The notes beneath the pieces are model-generated. The model was not told where the DNA came from and did not search any database. It worked only from the letters and a program-made list of their open reading frames with translations. This document shows, piece by piece, positions 1-7,564 of a stretch of 64,000 nt of DNA. The position numbers were made by a program, and so were the translations under genes. The stretch is taken from contig JBCFAY010000002.1 of the NCBI GenBank assembly GCA_038562375.1, positions 21,272-85,271 of the forward strand. Direction: 5' to 3'. How positions within the stretch are numbered: position 1 is the first letter of the stretch; every line of letters begins with the position of its first letter. The stretch is from Bacillota bacterium (GTDB lineage Bacteria; Bacillota; Clostridia; Christensenellales; CAG-138).

Positions 1-44
1 AATATAGCGTCCTCGATCGGAACGCGCTGACCGATGTATTTCAT
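1..44 (-). CDS. First 14 codons (MKYIGQRVPIEDAI...) of an ORF that runs off the window. Its position after the 2Fe-2S subunit suggests the molybdopterin-binding large subunit of a xanthine-dehydrogenase-family enzyme.
   Basis: ATG at 44..42 overlaps the TGA of the upstream gene (ATGA at 41..44). Only 44 nt are visible, so the product is inferred from operon logic. Confidence 0.45.
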   Translation of the reverse strand, partial: MKYIGQRVPIEDAI

Positions 45-529
45 GCTCCGCCGTCCTCCCTCTTCATATATTGCGCAGCGAGCTGTATCGCCTCGATGAT
101 CTTCTTATAGCCCGTGCAGCGGCAGATGTTGTTGTCAAGAGCTTGGATGATCTGCTCCTCGGTTGGCTCGGGTATCTCGCTGAGCAGCGCGATGGAGCGT
201 ATGACCATGCCCGGCGTACAAAACCCGCACTGTATCGCGCCCGCGTCCACAAACGCCTGCTGCACCGGATGCAGCGCCCCGCCGGAGCCGCTCACGCCCT
301 CGATGGTCACGATCCTCTTTCCTTCCATGTTCCGCGCAAGAAGGGTGCAGGAATTCACCGCCTTTCCGTCGACAAGCACCTTGCACGCGCCGCAGTCGCC
401 GGTGCCGCAGCCGAACTTTGTTCCCATAAGATTCAGCTTTTCGCGCAGCACCTGTACAAGCGTCCAGTTCGGCGCGATCAAAAGCTCGTATTTCTCATCA
501 TTGACATCCAACACTACGGTTTGCATCAA
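41..529 (-). CDS. (2Fe-2S)-binding small subunit of a xanthine dehydrogenase / aldehyde oxidase / CO dehydrogenase-family molybdoenzyme
   Basis: 162 aa with cluster motifs CGTGDCGACKV and CGFCTPG...CRCTGY. RBS GAGGAGG lies about 10 nt upstream of the ATG. Confidence 0.92.
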   Translation of the reverse strand: MMQTVVLDVNDEKYELLIAPNWTLVQVLREKLNLMGTKFGCGTGDCGACKVLVDGKAVNSCTLLARNMEGKRIVTIEGVSGSGGALHPVQQAFVDAGAIQCGFCTPGMVIRSIALLSEIPEPTEEQIIQALDNNICRCTGYKKIIEAIQLAAQYMKREDGGA

Positions 530-557
530 AAATCGACCTCCTCAATCTTCGCCGGAT

Positions 558-596
558 AAAAAAACGCACTCGATTCCTGTTTACAGGATCAAGTGC
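558..596 (-). terminator. Intrinsic terminator inside the 5' leader of the Mo-enzyme operon (attenuator)
   Basis: GCACUUGAUCC (596..586) pairs with GGAAUCGAGUGC (577..566): 11 bp, one bulge, 8-nt loop. A U7 tract follows (564..558), 29 nt before the RBS. Confidence 0.6.
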
Positions 597-655
597 ATAA
601 ATAAAAAATCACTTGATCCACGGTTCGCTTGTCACCCAGACACCGTAAACCAAGT
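586..655 (-). promoter_or_regulatory. Alternative leader helices: H1 (655..611, anti-antiterminator or sensor hairpin) and H2 (619..586, antiterminator)
   Basis: H1 is ACUUGGUUUACGGU/ACCGUGGAUCAAGU, 14 bp including G.U pairs, with a 17-nt loop. H2 is GGAUCAAGUG/CACUUGAUCC, a perfect 10 bp. H1, H2 and the terminator share arms. Confidence 0.5.
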
Positions 656-680
656 TTTGTATGTATGTTGTAGTACTTAT

Positions 681-709
681 ATTTTTGCATGATCGCAGCT
701 TTTTGTCAA
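681..709 (-). promoter_or_regulatory. Sigma-A-type promoter of the Mo-enzyme operon
   Basis: -35 TTGACA (709..704), 17-nt spacer, TG-extended -10 TGCAAAAAT (686..681). The -35 sits inside the inverted repeat TGTCA-A-TGACA. Confidence 0.5.
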
Positions 710-1117
710 TGACAGTTTTGATCTTGCATGTCCCTTTTCTCTCGTTCAATATTGTCCTATCCCCGCTGAACCGGCCATGCGTTTTGCAATGCTTTAACGC
801 TTTTAATGGACGCGTACCTTCACTCCTATGATATAATATGATTTAATTGCGTGCATGGACGCATAATTTGGGTGCGGCACGCCTAAATCTTAAGGGCTAA
901 ATCCCTGCCTCCATAACCATAGAGCTGTATTGGGCTCATACGCGCCGGGCGGACATCAAAACCGGCCCTGTTCTTGTTCAGTGCTCCCATAAGGCAAAGG
1001 AATACGATCCGCGCCGCGTTACGGTATCCCTCTCCCGGGCACCGATAAAGATGCAGCGCAGCGGTATGATTTGTGCCGAGCGCAAACAGATCCATCTCAT
1101 CGACACGGACGCTTTAA

Positions 1118-1336
1118 AGCGCATCTTATAGTTATTTCGCAACATTCATTGCGGGATATTCGATGAAATTCGTGCTGCTCGCCCTGCTCTATCTGGGCAT
1201 CAAAAACATCTATCTCGGGCCGACTCTGCCCGCGTTCCTTTCCGAGAACGTGCGAAAAGTGCTCGTCGATCATTTCGGCATCACTTCGATCGGCTCCGTG
1301 GAGGACGACATCGCACTTTTCTTTGTGAAAGAATAA
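1118..1336 (+). pseudogene. hcp: 3'-terminal remnant of hybrid-cluster protein / hydroxylamine reductase (hcp)
   Basis: The open frame reads ...[63 protein letters not shown], matching the conserved extreme C-terminus of Hcp. About 480 N-terminal residues are absent, with a stop at 1115..1117. Confidence 0.75.
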
Positions 1337-1383
1337 CATGCTTCACACCGGCGCGCAGGATCATGCCGCGCCGCAACGCAAAA

Positions 1384-1411
1384 GGGCCGGAACGCTCAAA
1401 CGTTTCGGCCC
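1384..1411. terminator. Hairpin between the convergent hcp remnant and radA, probably the radA terminator
   Basis: GGGCCGGAACG / CGTTTCGGCCC: 11 bp, 1 mismatch, 6-nt loop. On the minus strand it is followed by CTTTTGCG. Confidence 0.5.
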
Positions 1412-1462
1412 TCATCGTTCTGCCCTGTTCGATTTTCTCGTTTGCCAGACTCCGCCCACTCT

Positions 1463-2791
1463 CTACAGCAGCGCCGCTGCGTCCGCCAAAAAGCCGACCT
1501 TCAGCAACTCGACGCCTTCGGGCTTATAGATCTTCGCAGATTTGGGCACGATGATCCGCCGATAGCCGAGGCGCGCGCACTCGCGGATGCGCTGATCGAT
1601 CTGAGCGACGGAGCGGATCTCGCCCGTGAGGCCGATCTCGCCGATCACGGCGGTATGACTTAGAATCGGGCGCTCGTTAAGGCCCGAGAGCACGCACATC
1701 GCGATCGCCAGATCCGCCGCGCGCTCCTCGAGTTTTATTCCGCCGACCACGTTGATATACACGTCCTTATCCGAAAGGCGCGCGCCCGCCTTCTTCTCCA
1801 AAACGGCCAGAAGAAGGGCGAGCCGGTTTACGTCCATGCCGGCCGCCATGCGCCGGGGATTCCCAAAAACGGTGTTGTTGATGAGGGATTGAACCTCCAC
1901 CAGCATCGGGCGGGTACCCTCCATCGCGCAATGAACGGCGCAGCCCGGAGCCTCCAGTCCCGATAGAAAAAGCCCGGAAGGGTCGGGAACCTCCGCCATA
2001 CCCGTATCCCGCATCTCGAATATCCCGATCTCGTTGGTCGAACCGAAACGGTTTTTGACCGCTCGGAGCAATCGGAACGCATTGTGTCGGTCGCCTTCGA
2101 AATACAGCACCGTATCCACCATATGCTCGAGCACGCGCGGCCCCGCGATAGCGCCCTCCTTGGTCACATGTCCCACGATAAACACGGCGGTTCCGGTATT
2201 CTTGGCCAGCCGGGTCAGCTGAGACGTCGCCTCGCGCACCTGCGAAACGCTCCCCGGCGCACCGGAGCATTCGGGGCAGTAGATGGTCTGAATGGAATCG
2301 ACGATCAGATATGCGGGCTTGATCCTCCTCGCTTCGCTCTCGATGGACAGGTAGTCCGTCTCCGCCAAGAGCAGCATCTCGCCGTCGACGCCGAGCCGTT
2401 TTGCCCGAATCTTCAGCTGCGCGAGCGATTCTTCCCCCGTGACATACAGCACCTTGCCGCAAGCCGTCAGCGCCGAAGCTACCTGCATCAGCAGCGTCGA
2501 TTTCCCTATCCCGGGATCGCCGCCGAGCAGCACGACGGAGCCCGCCACGACCCCGCCGCCGAGCACGCGGTCGAGCTCCGCAAGCGAGGTGGAAACGCGC
2601 GCCGAATCGACGATCGCGATATCCTTGAGCGCGGCGGCGCGCGCGCCCGAGGAAGCCTCGGAACGCACCGCTACCTGGGCTTCCTCGACGAGCGTGTTCC
2701 AACTGCCGCACTCGGGGCAGCGGCCAAGCCACTTGCCGCTTTCATACCCGCATTCGCCGCAGATGAAGATCGCTTTTGCCTGTTTTGCCAT
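1463..2791 (-). CDS. radA: DNA repair protein RadA/Sms
   Basis: 442 aa with an N-terminal zinc ribbon (CGECGYESGKWLGRCPECGSWNT), Walker A GDPGIGKST, a KNRFG motif and a Lon-like C-terminal domain. Confidence 0.96.
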   Translation of the reverse strand: MAKQAKAIFICGECGYESGKWLGRCPECGSWNTLVEEAQVAVRSEASSGARAAALKDIAIVDSARVSTSLAELDRVLGGGVVAGSVVLLGGDPGIGKSTLLMQVASALTACGKVLYVTGEESLAQLKIRAKRLGVDGEMLLLAETDYLSIESEARRIKPAYLIVDSIQTIYCPECSGAPGSVSQVREATSQLTRLAKNTGTAVFIVGHVTKEGAIAGPRVLEHMVDTVLYFEGDRHNAFRLLRAVKNRFGSTNEIGIFEMRDTGMAEVPDPSGLFLSGLEAPGCAVHCAMEGTRPMLVEVQSLINNTVFGNPRRMAAGMDVNRLALLLAVLEKKAGARLSDKDVYINVVGGIKLEERAADLAIAMCVLSGLNERPILSHTAVIGEIGLTGEIRSVAQIDQRIRECARLGYRRIIVPKSAKIYKPEGVELLKVGFLADAAALL

Positions 2792-2913
2792 GAACGCTCC
2801 TTGCTCTGTTAAGGTAAAGGGAGATCACATGCGCCGGAACAGCGCCTATAAGGCATGGGGCATGAAACCGCTCCCCCAGATGCTTCGGCCGGAATCGCTC
2901 CGACGCGTCTCGC

Positions 2914-4095
2914 CTATTGGATTGGCGCGAATTTCAGGATATCGCGCTCCCGCGAGGTCACGTCCATCCACAGAACTTTATCGTCGGACACGCCCAGGAA
3001 CTGCGCGTGCTCCTCCTGTGGCGTGAGCCGAGAGATTTTCTTTTTATCGCATAGGTATACGAAGATATGTTCGTCCTTGCCGTAAGCGATAAAATCGCTC
3101 CCGACCCCGAACTCCACGACGTTTTCATCGATCACCACGGGCACGGAATTGGCGATGGAGTAATAAAGCTTCGTTCCCGGGCCGTGGTGTCCATCCAGCC
3201 ACGCGATACAGCGGCCGTTGATCTGCGGGTCGTGCACGTAGGTGCCGGGTTTGAAGTTGCTGATCGTCGACTGCGTCAGCTGAATGCTGCAGATCTCGCT
3301 CACGCCGTCGCCCGAGGAAACGTCCGCCCAGACGAGCGTGCCGTTATCAAGACTCGGCAGACTCTGCCCATAGACGGAGTTGGAGAACATCTGAACCGTC
3401 GTGCTCTCGAGCGTGTTCAGATCGCAGACGTAGAGCTTATCCATCTTGGTTCCCGTGCGCTCCGTCCACGCGATATAGTCGCCGTCGAGCTGTATCTTCG
3501 GCTGGCCCGTGTAGACCTCTTTTACGACGAAGCTCTTCGCGCCGTCGCCGGTCCTTGGGATCGCCTTGATCAGGCCGCCGCCGTCCGCCTTTGCGTCCAG
3601 ATACACCAGCCACCTGTCGTTGAACACCGGGAACAGATAGTCGTCGTTCTCGAGCCGTTCGCCCGCCTCGGTCATCGCGCGCGATCCGGGATCAAAATAG
3701 AACATCTCCGACATGCGCACCTGGGTATCCACGAGCTTTCCCGCCGTGAATATGAGCGTTCCGTCAAAGAAATACGGGTCGCCGACCCAGCGGTAGGACT
3801 GGTTGCTCGGGAACACCACCTCGATTTGAAGCTCGTCGAGGTCGGCGGTTTCGATCGGGCGCGGCGTCGGCGTCGGCATAACGGTCGGCACAGGCGTGGG
3901 CGTCGGCGAAAAGGGCGCCTTGTAGTCGATCCCAAGCAAAGGCAGAACCTTCGGCAGCACGACAAACAGCAGCAGCGCAATAAAAGCGAGCACCGCAAAG
4001 ACTACTCCGGCCAACGCCAAGATCGGTCCCCAGTTGCTCGCTTTCAGGCTTTTCCTGCGCCGCCTCGTCCTGGCGCTCCTAAATCGTCTTTTCAT
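2914..4095 (-). CDS. Hypothetical single-pass membrane protein with an extracytoplasmic repeat (beta-propeller-like) domain
   Basis: 393 aa. It has a basic N-terminus, one TM helix (ILALAGVVFAVLAFIALLLFVVL) and a Pro/Thr linker. After the linker come repeats of an aromatic-x-D motif (YIAWTE, LVWADV, CIAWLD, FIAYGK, VLWMDV). No family recognised. Confidence 0.7.
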   Translation of the reverse strand: MKRRFRSARTRRRRKSLKASNWGPILALAGVVFAVLAFIALLLFVVLPKVLPLLGIDYKAPFSPTPTPVPTVMPTPTPRPIETADLDELQIEVVFPSNQSYRWVGDPYFFDGTLIFTAGKLVDTQVRMSEMFYFDPGSRAMTEAGERLENDDYLFPVFNDRWLVYLDAKADGGGLIKAIPRTGDGAKSFVVKEVYTGQPKIQLDGDYIAWTERTGTKMDKLYVCDLNTLESTTVQMFSNSVYGQSLPSLDNGTLVWADVSSGDGVSEICSIQLTQSTISNFKPGTYVHDPQINGRCIAWLDGHHGPGTKLYYSIANSVPVVIDENVVEFGVGSDFIAYGKDEHIFVYLCDKKKISRLTPQEEHAQFLGVSDDKVLWMDVTSRERDILKFAPIQ

Positions 4096-4158
4096 TGCAT
4101 ACCGATTCCCTTATGTGTTGGGTCGATCCATAACCGCTCGCACCGGAGCGATACCGCC

Positions 4159-4197
4159 GGAACCGTCACGGCGTTTAAGATCGCCGCCGACGGTTCC
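4159..4197 (-). other. Long intergenic hairpin without a U-tract
   Basis: GGAACCGTC...GACGGTTCC (9 bp) encloses an inner CGCC/GGCG stem. It lies 26 nt downstream of the coiled-coil gene stop. Confidence 0.4.
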
Positions 4198-4222
4198 TGT
4201 CTGCGAGCAGAAAAAAATCAAT

Positions 4223-4990
4223 CTACGCCTTGAGCACGTCGTCGATGATGGCGTCGAGCTCGACGGAAAACGCATCGCGCTGGGGGTCGGCTTCCCCGCC
4301 GGCCTTGACCACTTCGTCGACGGTCCAGACGCGCTCCTCCTCCGCTTCCTCGGGCTGCGCGTCCGCCTCCGGCTGTTTGGCGGTCTCCGGAATATCCCTG
4401 CCCTGGAGCTTATAGATGTTTTGTATGAGCTCCGCCGGCGTGCGATAATCCTCGGGAAGCTCGACGGGATCCTGAATCAGAGCGTCGAGGCCTTTGCCCT
4501 GCTCCTGCGGCAGCGAAAACGACTCCCTGAGATCGCCCGAAGTATCCTTCAGGTATTGGGAAAATCGATCCGACCAGCCCCTCGCCTCGAGCGCCGCTTT
4601 TGAAAGCTGCTCCGCAAAACCCTGGGCGACGGAGCGCATGGTTTTGGTTTGATCGTCGGCTTCCTGTATCCTGCGGTTCGCCTCGTGGTGCGCGTCCTCG
4701 ACGATCTTTGCTGCCTGCTCGGCGGCCTGTTCCCTGATCGCGTCGGTCTCGGCGTCCAAAGCCGCCTGCCGCTCCTCCGCCTCGGCCAGGATCGCATTGA
4801 CCTTGCCGTCGGCCTCCTGCAGCACACGCGCAGCGGTGCTCTGCGCCTCGGTGAGCGCGGAAGCGATCGCCTGTTCCTTCTCCCGGTACTCCTTCAGCTT
4901 TGCCTCGATCAAAGCATAGCTTTCCTTGAGCGCTGCGTTCTCCTTTTCATACTTCGCGATGCGTTCCTCTAGCTCTTTAACCTTCCTCAT
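4223..4990 (-). CDS. Hypothetical coiled-coil protein (DivIVA-like composition, no diagnostic N-terminal motif)
   Basis: 255 aa, rich in E/A/K/Q with heptad-like character and an acidic C-terminus. Its ATG overlaps the ruvB stop (ATGA). Confidence 0.7.
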   Translation of the reverse strand: MRKVKELEERIAKYEKENAALKESYALIEAKLKEYREKEQAIASALTEAQSTAARVLQEADGKVNAILAEAEERQAALDAETDAIREQAAEQAAKIVEDAHHEANRRIQEADDQTKTMRSVAQGFAEQLSKAALEARGWSDRFSQYLKDTSGDLRESFSLPQEQGKGLDALIQDPVELPEDYRTPAELIQNIYKLQGRDIPETAKQPEADAQPEEAEEERVWTVDEVVKAGGEADPQRDAFSVELDAIIDDVLKA

Positions 4991-6036
4991 GTTCCGGCAC
5001 GCTCCTCGTATAGATTCATTCTTTCCTGATGCGATTGGGATGCGGGCGCATAGCCCATATGCGCGTAGCCGGCGGGCAGCACGATCCTGCCCCGCGGCGT
5101 CCTCGCGATAAATCCGATTTGGAGCAGATACGGCTCGTAGACATCCTCGATCGTCGTCGCGTCCTCGCCCGTCGCGGCCGCGATGGTATCAAGGCCCACC
5201 GGCCTTCCCTCGAACTTTTCGATCATCGTCGATAGGATACGCCTGTCCAGCCCGTCGAGACCAAGAGTGTCGATCGAGAGCATCTCGAGCCCGGCGCGGG
5301 CGGTTGCGCGATCGATCACGCCGTCGGCGCGCACCTGCGCGTAATCCCTCACGCGCTTTAGAAGGCGGTTCGCGATGCGCGGCGTGCCGCGCGAGCGCAG
5401 GGCGATCTCGTCCGCCCCCTCGTCCTCGATCGAAATATTCAATATCTGCGCGCTGCGCGCGATGATGCTCTTCAAATCGCGCACCTCATACATCTCAAGC
5501 TGCTCCTTGATGCCGAAGCGATCCCGCAAGGGCGAGGTCAAAAGGCCCATGCGCGTCGTCGCGCCCACGAGCGTAAACCTCGGAAGATCGAGCCGTATCG
5601 AGCGCGCGGACGGACCTTTGCCGATGATGATATCGAGCGCGAAATCCTCCATCGCGGGATAGAGCACTTCCTCGACGCTCGCGTTGAGCCTGTGGATCTC
5701 ATCGATAAAAAGCACGTCCCCATAGGCGAGGTTGGTCAAAAGCGCGGCAAGATCTCCCGCGTGCGATATCGCAGGTCCCGAGGTAACGCGAAGGTTCCCG
5801 CCCATTTCGTTGGCGATAATGGCCGCGAGCGTGGTCTTGCCAAGCCCCGGCGGGCCGTAAAGCAGCGCATGATCGAGTGGCTCCTCGCGGTGCTTCGCCG
5901 CCTGAATATAAATGCGCATATGCTCCTTGACGTTGCCCTGGCCGATATACTCGTTCAAAAAGCGGGGACGCAAGCTGTATTCGTTTAGATTGTCCTCCTC
6001 CATCAGCGAAGAGGAGATCAGGCGGTCGTCCTTCAT
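4987..6036 (-). CDS. ruvB: Holliday junction branch-migration helicase RuvB
   Basis: 349 aa with Walker [10 protein letters not shown] and typical RuvB blocks ([20 protein letters not shown]). It overlaps the ruvA stop by 4 nt. Confidence 0.97.
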   Translation of the reverse strand: MKDDRLISSSLMEEDNLNEYSLRPRFLNEYIGQGNVKEHMRIYIQAAKHREEPLDHALLYGPPGLGKTTLAAIIANEMGGNLRVTSGPAISHAGDLAALLTNLAYGDVLFIDEIHRLNASVEEVLYPAMEDFALDIIIGKGPSARSIRLDLPRFTLVGATTRMGLLTSPLRDRFGIKEQLEMYEVRDLKSIIARSAQILNISIEDEGADEIALRSRGTPRIANRLLKRVRDYAQVRADGVIDRATARAGLEMLSIDTLGLDGLDRRILSTMIEKFEGRPVGLDTIAAATGEDATTIEDVYEPYLLQIGFIARTPRGRIVLPAGYAHMGYAPASQSHQERMNLYEERAGT

Positions 6037-6632
6037 CCGATGCCCTTTCCGGCCATGCCCTTGAGCGCCTGCGTGATCAGATCCTCAATCCGCTCGCAAG
6101 GGCCGCAGGCGGCCACCGCCCGTCCGGCCGTCACGCCGTCGTATCCGAGCGAAACGAGCGCGGCAACGGCCTCCGAACGCATGTCGAGGCCGGAAGTATC
6201 CCCCTGGGGCAGCGCGCCGGCATCCCCCGCGGAAGCGATGACCTTTTCCTTGAGCTCGAGCAGCACGCGCGCCGCGGTTTTCCGGCCCATGCCGGGCACA
6301 CGGTCAAACGCGGCGGCGTTTTCCGTCAGTATCGCGCCCGTCACATCCGATACTGAGAGCACCGAAAGCACCGCGAGCGCGAGCTTCGGGCCCACGCGCG
6401 TGACGCTGATGAGCTTTCTGAACATCGCACGCTCCCGGGCGTCGTAAAAGCCGTACAGGGCGACGGCGTCCTGCGCAAGATGAAAATGCGCGTAGAGTTT
6501 GGCCTCCCGGCCGACCGTAAGGGTCTTAAGCGTCGCCGCGCTGCAATTGAGCTCGTAACCTACGCCCGCAGCCTCCACGGCCGCGCGGTCCACGCCGATT
6601 TCGTCCACTACTCCTCTGATAAACGAATACAT
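6033..6632 (-). CDS. ruvA: Holliday junction DNA helicase subunit RuvA
   Basis: 199 aa with the MYSFIRG... N-terminus, HhH region ([11 protein letters not shown]) and C-terminal domain III. Confidence 0.95.
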   Translation of the reverse strand: MYSFIRGVVDEIGVDRAAVEAAGVGYELNCSAATLKTLTVGREAKLYAHFHLAQDAVALYGFYDARERAMFRKLISVTRVGPKLALAVLSVLSVSDVTGAILTENAAAFDRVPGMGRKTAARVLLELKEKVIASAGDAGALPQGDTSGLDMRSEAVAALVSLGYDGVTAGRAVAACGPCERIEDLITQALKGMAGKGIG

Positions 6633-6918
6633 TGCATCCCCCGGTTATTAAGCATACCGTACATATCCGAACCCGCCTAGGCCGCAGAATTTGGCCGGTT
6701 TCCTTGTCATCGTCGGTCGGAATAGGCCCGCGCCACGCCTCCCTCCTCTTCCTCGAACCGCATCCGATTTGTCGCTTTGAGGTCTGAGTAAAAGGCACAG
6801 AAGTGCGAAGGCGCTAGGCAGCGGCATGAAGGCGTAGTTGGGGCAACGACGAGTGCCGATAACACCGCGATGGTGTGCTTTCCTGCCCTTTAAACCGCAT
6901 GGTTTGATTCCCTTTACC

Positions 6919-7416
6919 TTATTTGATGCGGAATTCCTCGCGCGCGTGCGCCGCGGTGTTCGCATGGCAGATGGCGACCCCCAACGCGTCCGCCGCGTCG
7001 TCCGGCTTGGGAAGGCTCGTAAGATTAAGCAGCACCCGGACCATCTGCTGAATCTGCTTTTTATCGGCGTGGCCGTTGCCTGTCACCGCGAGTTTAATCT
7101 GCATAGGTGTATATTCATAAAGCGGAACGGCGGCCTGCTGCGCAGCCAGCATCGCGACCCCTCTGCCCGCCCCCACCTGGAGCGCCGTAGATACGTTTCG
7201 GTAGAAAAAAAGTTCCTCAAATACCACATGATCGGGCCGATAGAGCTTGACCAACTCCGCAACGCCCAAGTGCAGCGTTTCAAGGCGGCAAGGGAACGTG
7301 AGCGACGGATCGGTCGAAACCATGCCGTAATCGAGCGCCGTGATGCGCGACCCCGTATCCTCGACGATCCCGTAGCCGAGGATTGCATACCCCGGGTCGA
7401 TGCCAAGAATAATCAC
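6919..7416 (-). CDS. ruvC: Crossover junction endodeoxyribonuclease RuvC
   Basis: A GTG at 7416, preceded by GGAGG with a 6-nt spacer, gives VIILGIDPGYAILGYG..., the canonical RuvC N-terminus. The ORF-track ATG at 7476 would add 20 unconserved residues. Confidence 0.9.
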   Translation of the reverse strand: MIILGIDPGYAILGYGIVEDTGSRITALDYGMVSTDPSLTFPCRLETLHLGVAELVKLYRPDHVVFEELFFYRNVSTALQVGAGRGVAMLAAQQAAVPLYEYTPMQIKLAVTGNGHADKKQIQQMVRVLLNLTSLPKPDDAADALGVAICHANTAAHAREEFRIK

Positions 7417-7502
7417 GCGGCGCCTCCATTGTTTTTTCCTGTTGAATATTGTACCATGTAACTGATATATTCTCAATTACTTACTTTTATTTAAAAAAGC
7501 CT

Positions 7503-7520
7503 ATTGCATATTTATGCTGT
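7503..7520 (+). promoter_or_regulatory. Candidate ARG box (ArgR/AhrC operator) overlapping the argG -35
   Basis: ATTGCATATTTATGCTGT has arms TGCAT and ATGCt around a 4-nt A/T core, the same layout as the TGAAT-wwww-ATTCA consensus. Confidence 0.45.
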
Positions 7521-7533
7521 AGTGTTGTATAAT
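7504..7533 (+). promoter_or_regulatory. Sigma-A-type promoter of argG
   Basis: -35 TTGCAT (7504..7509), 18-nt spacer, extended -10 TGTATAAT (7526..7533), about 30 nt before the ATG. Confidence 0.6.
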
Positions 7534-7564
7534 TACTCTAGTATTATACGGGAGGTATCTCAAA

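Noticed and set aside
610-652. A 14-codon TTG-initiated ORF (LVYGVWVTSEPWIK*) that covers leader helix H1, with two Trp codons, considered as a trp-type leader peptide.
   Set aside because: It has no Shine-Dalgarno sequence upstream and a non-ATG start. Trp control of a Mo-hydroxylase operon makes no obvious sense, so I kept it only as a remote alternative to a riboswitch.
883-1095. A 70-aa minus-strand ORF, plus a check of both strands for cobalamin, Moco or purine riboswitch-like sequence.
   Set aside because: The translation has no recognisable motif or RBS. The hallmark riboswitch boxes (B12 box, purine junctions) are absent. On the minus strand the region lies upstream of the operon promoter rather than in its leader.
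6814-6900. A 28-codon ORF (MRFKGQESTPSRCYRHSSLPQLRLHAAA) with an AAGGGA RBS in the ruvC-ruvA spacer.
   Set aside because: It is very short and basic or low-complexity with no hydrophobic or Cys pattern. It cannot be separated from chance without conservation data.
6896-6915. A tRNA T-loop-like string GGTTTGATTCC.
   Set aside because: The flanking bases do not form a T-stem, and no acceptor or anticodon arms can be drawn.
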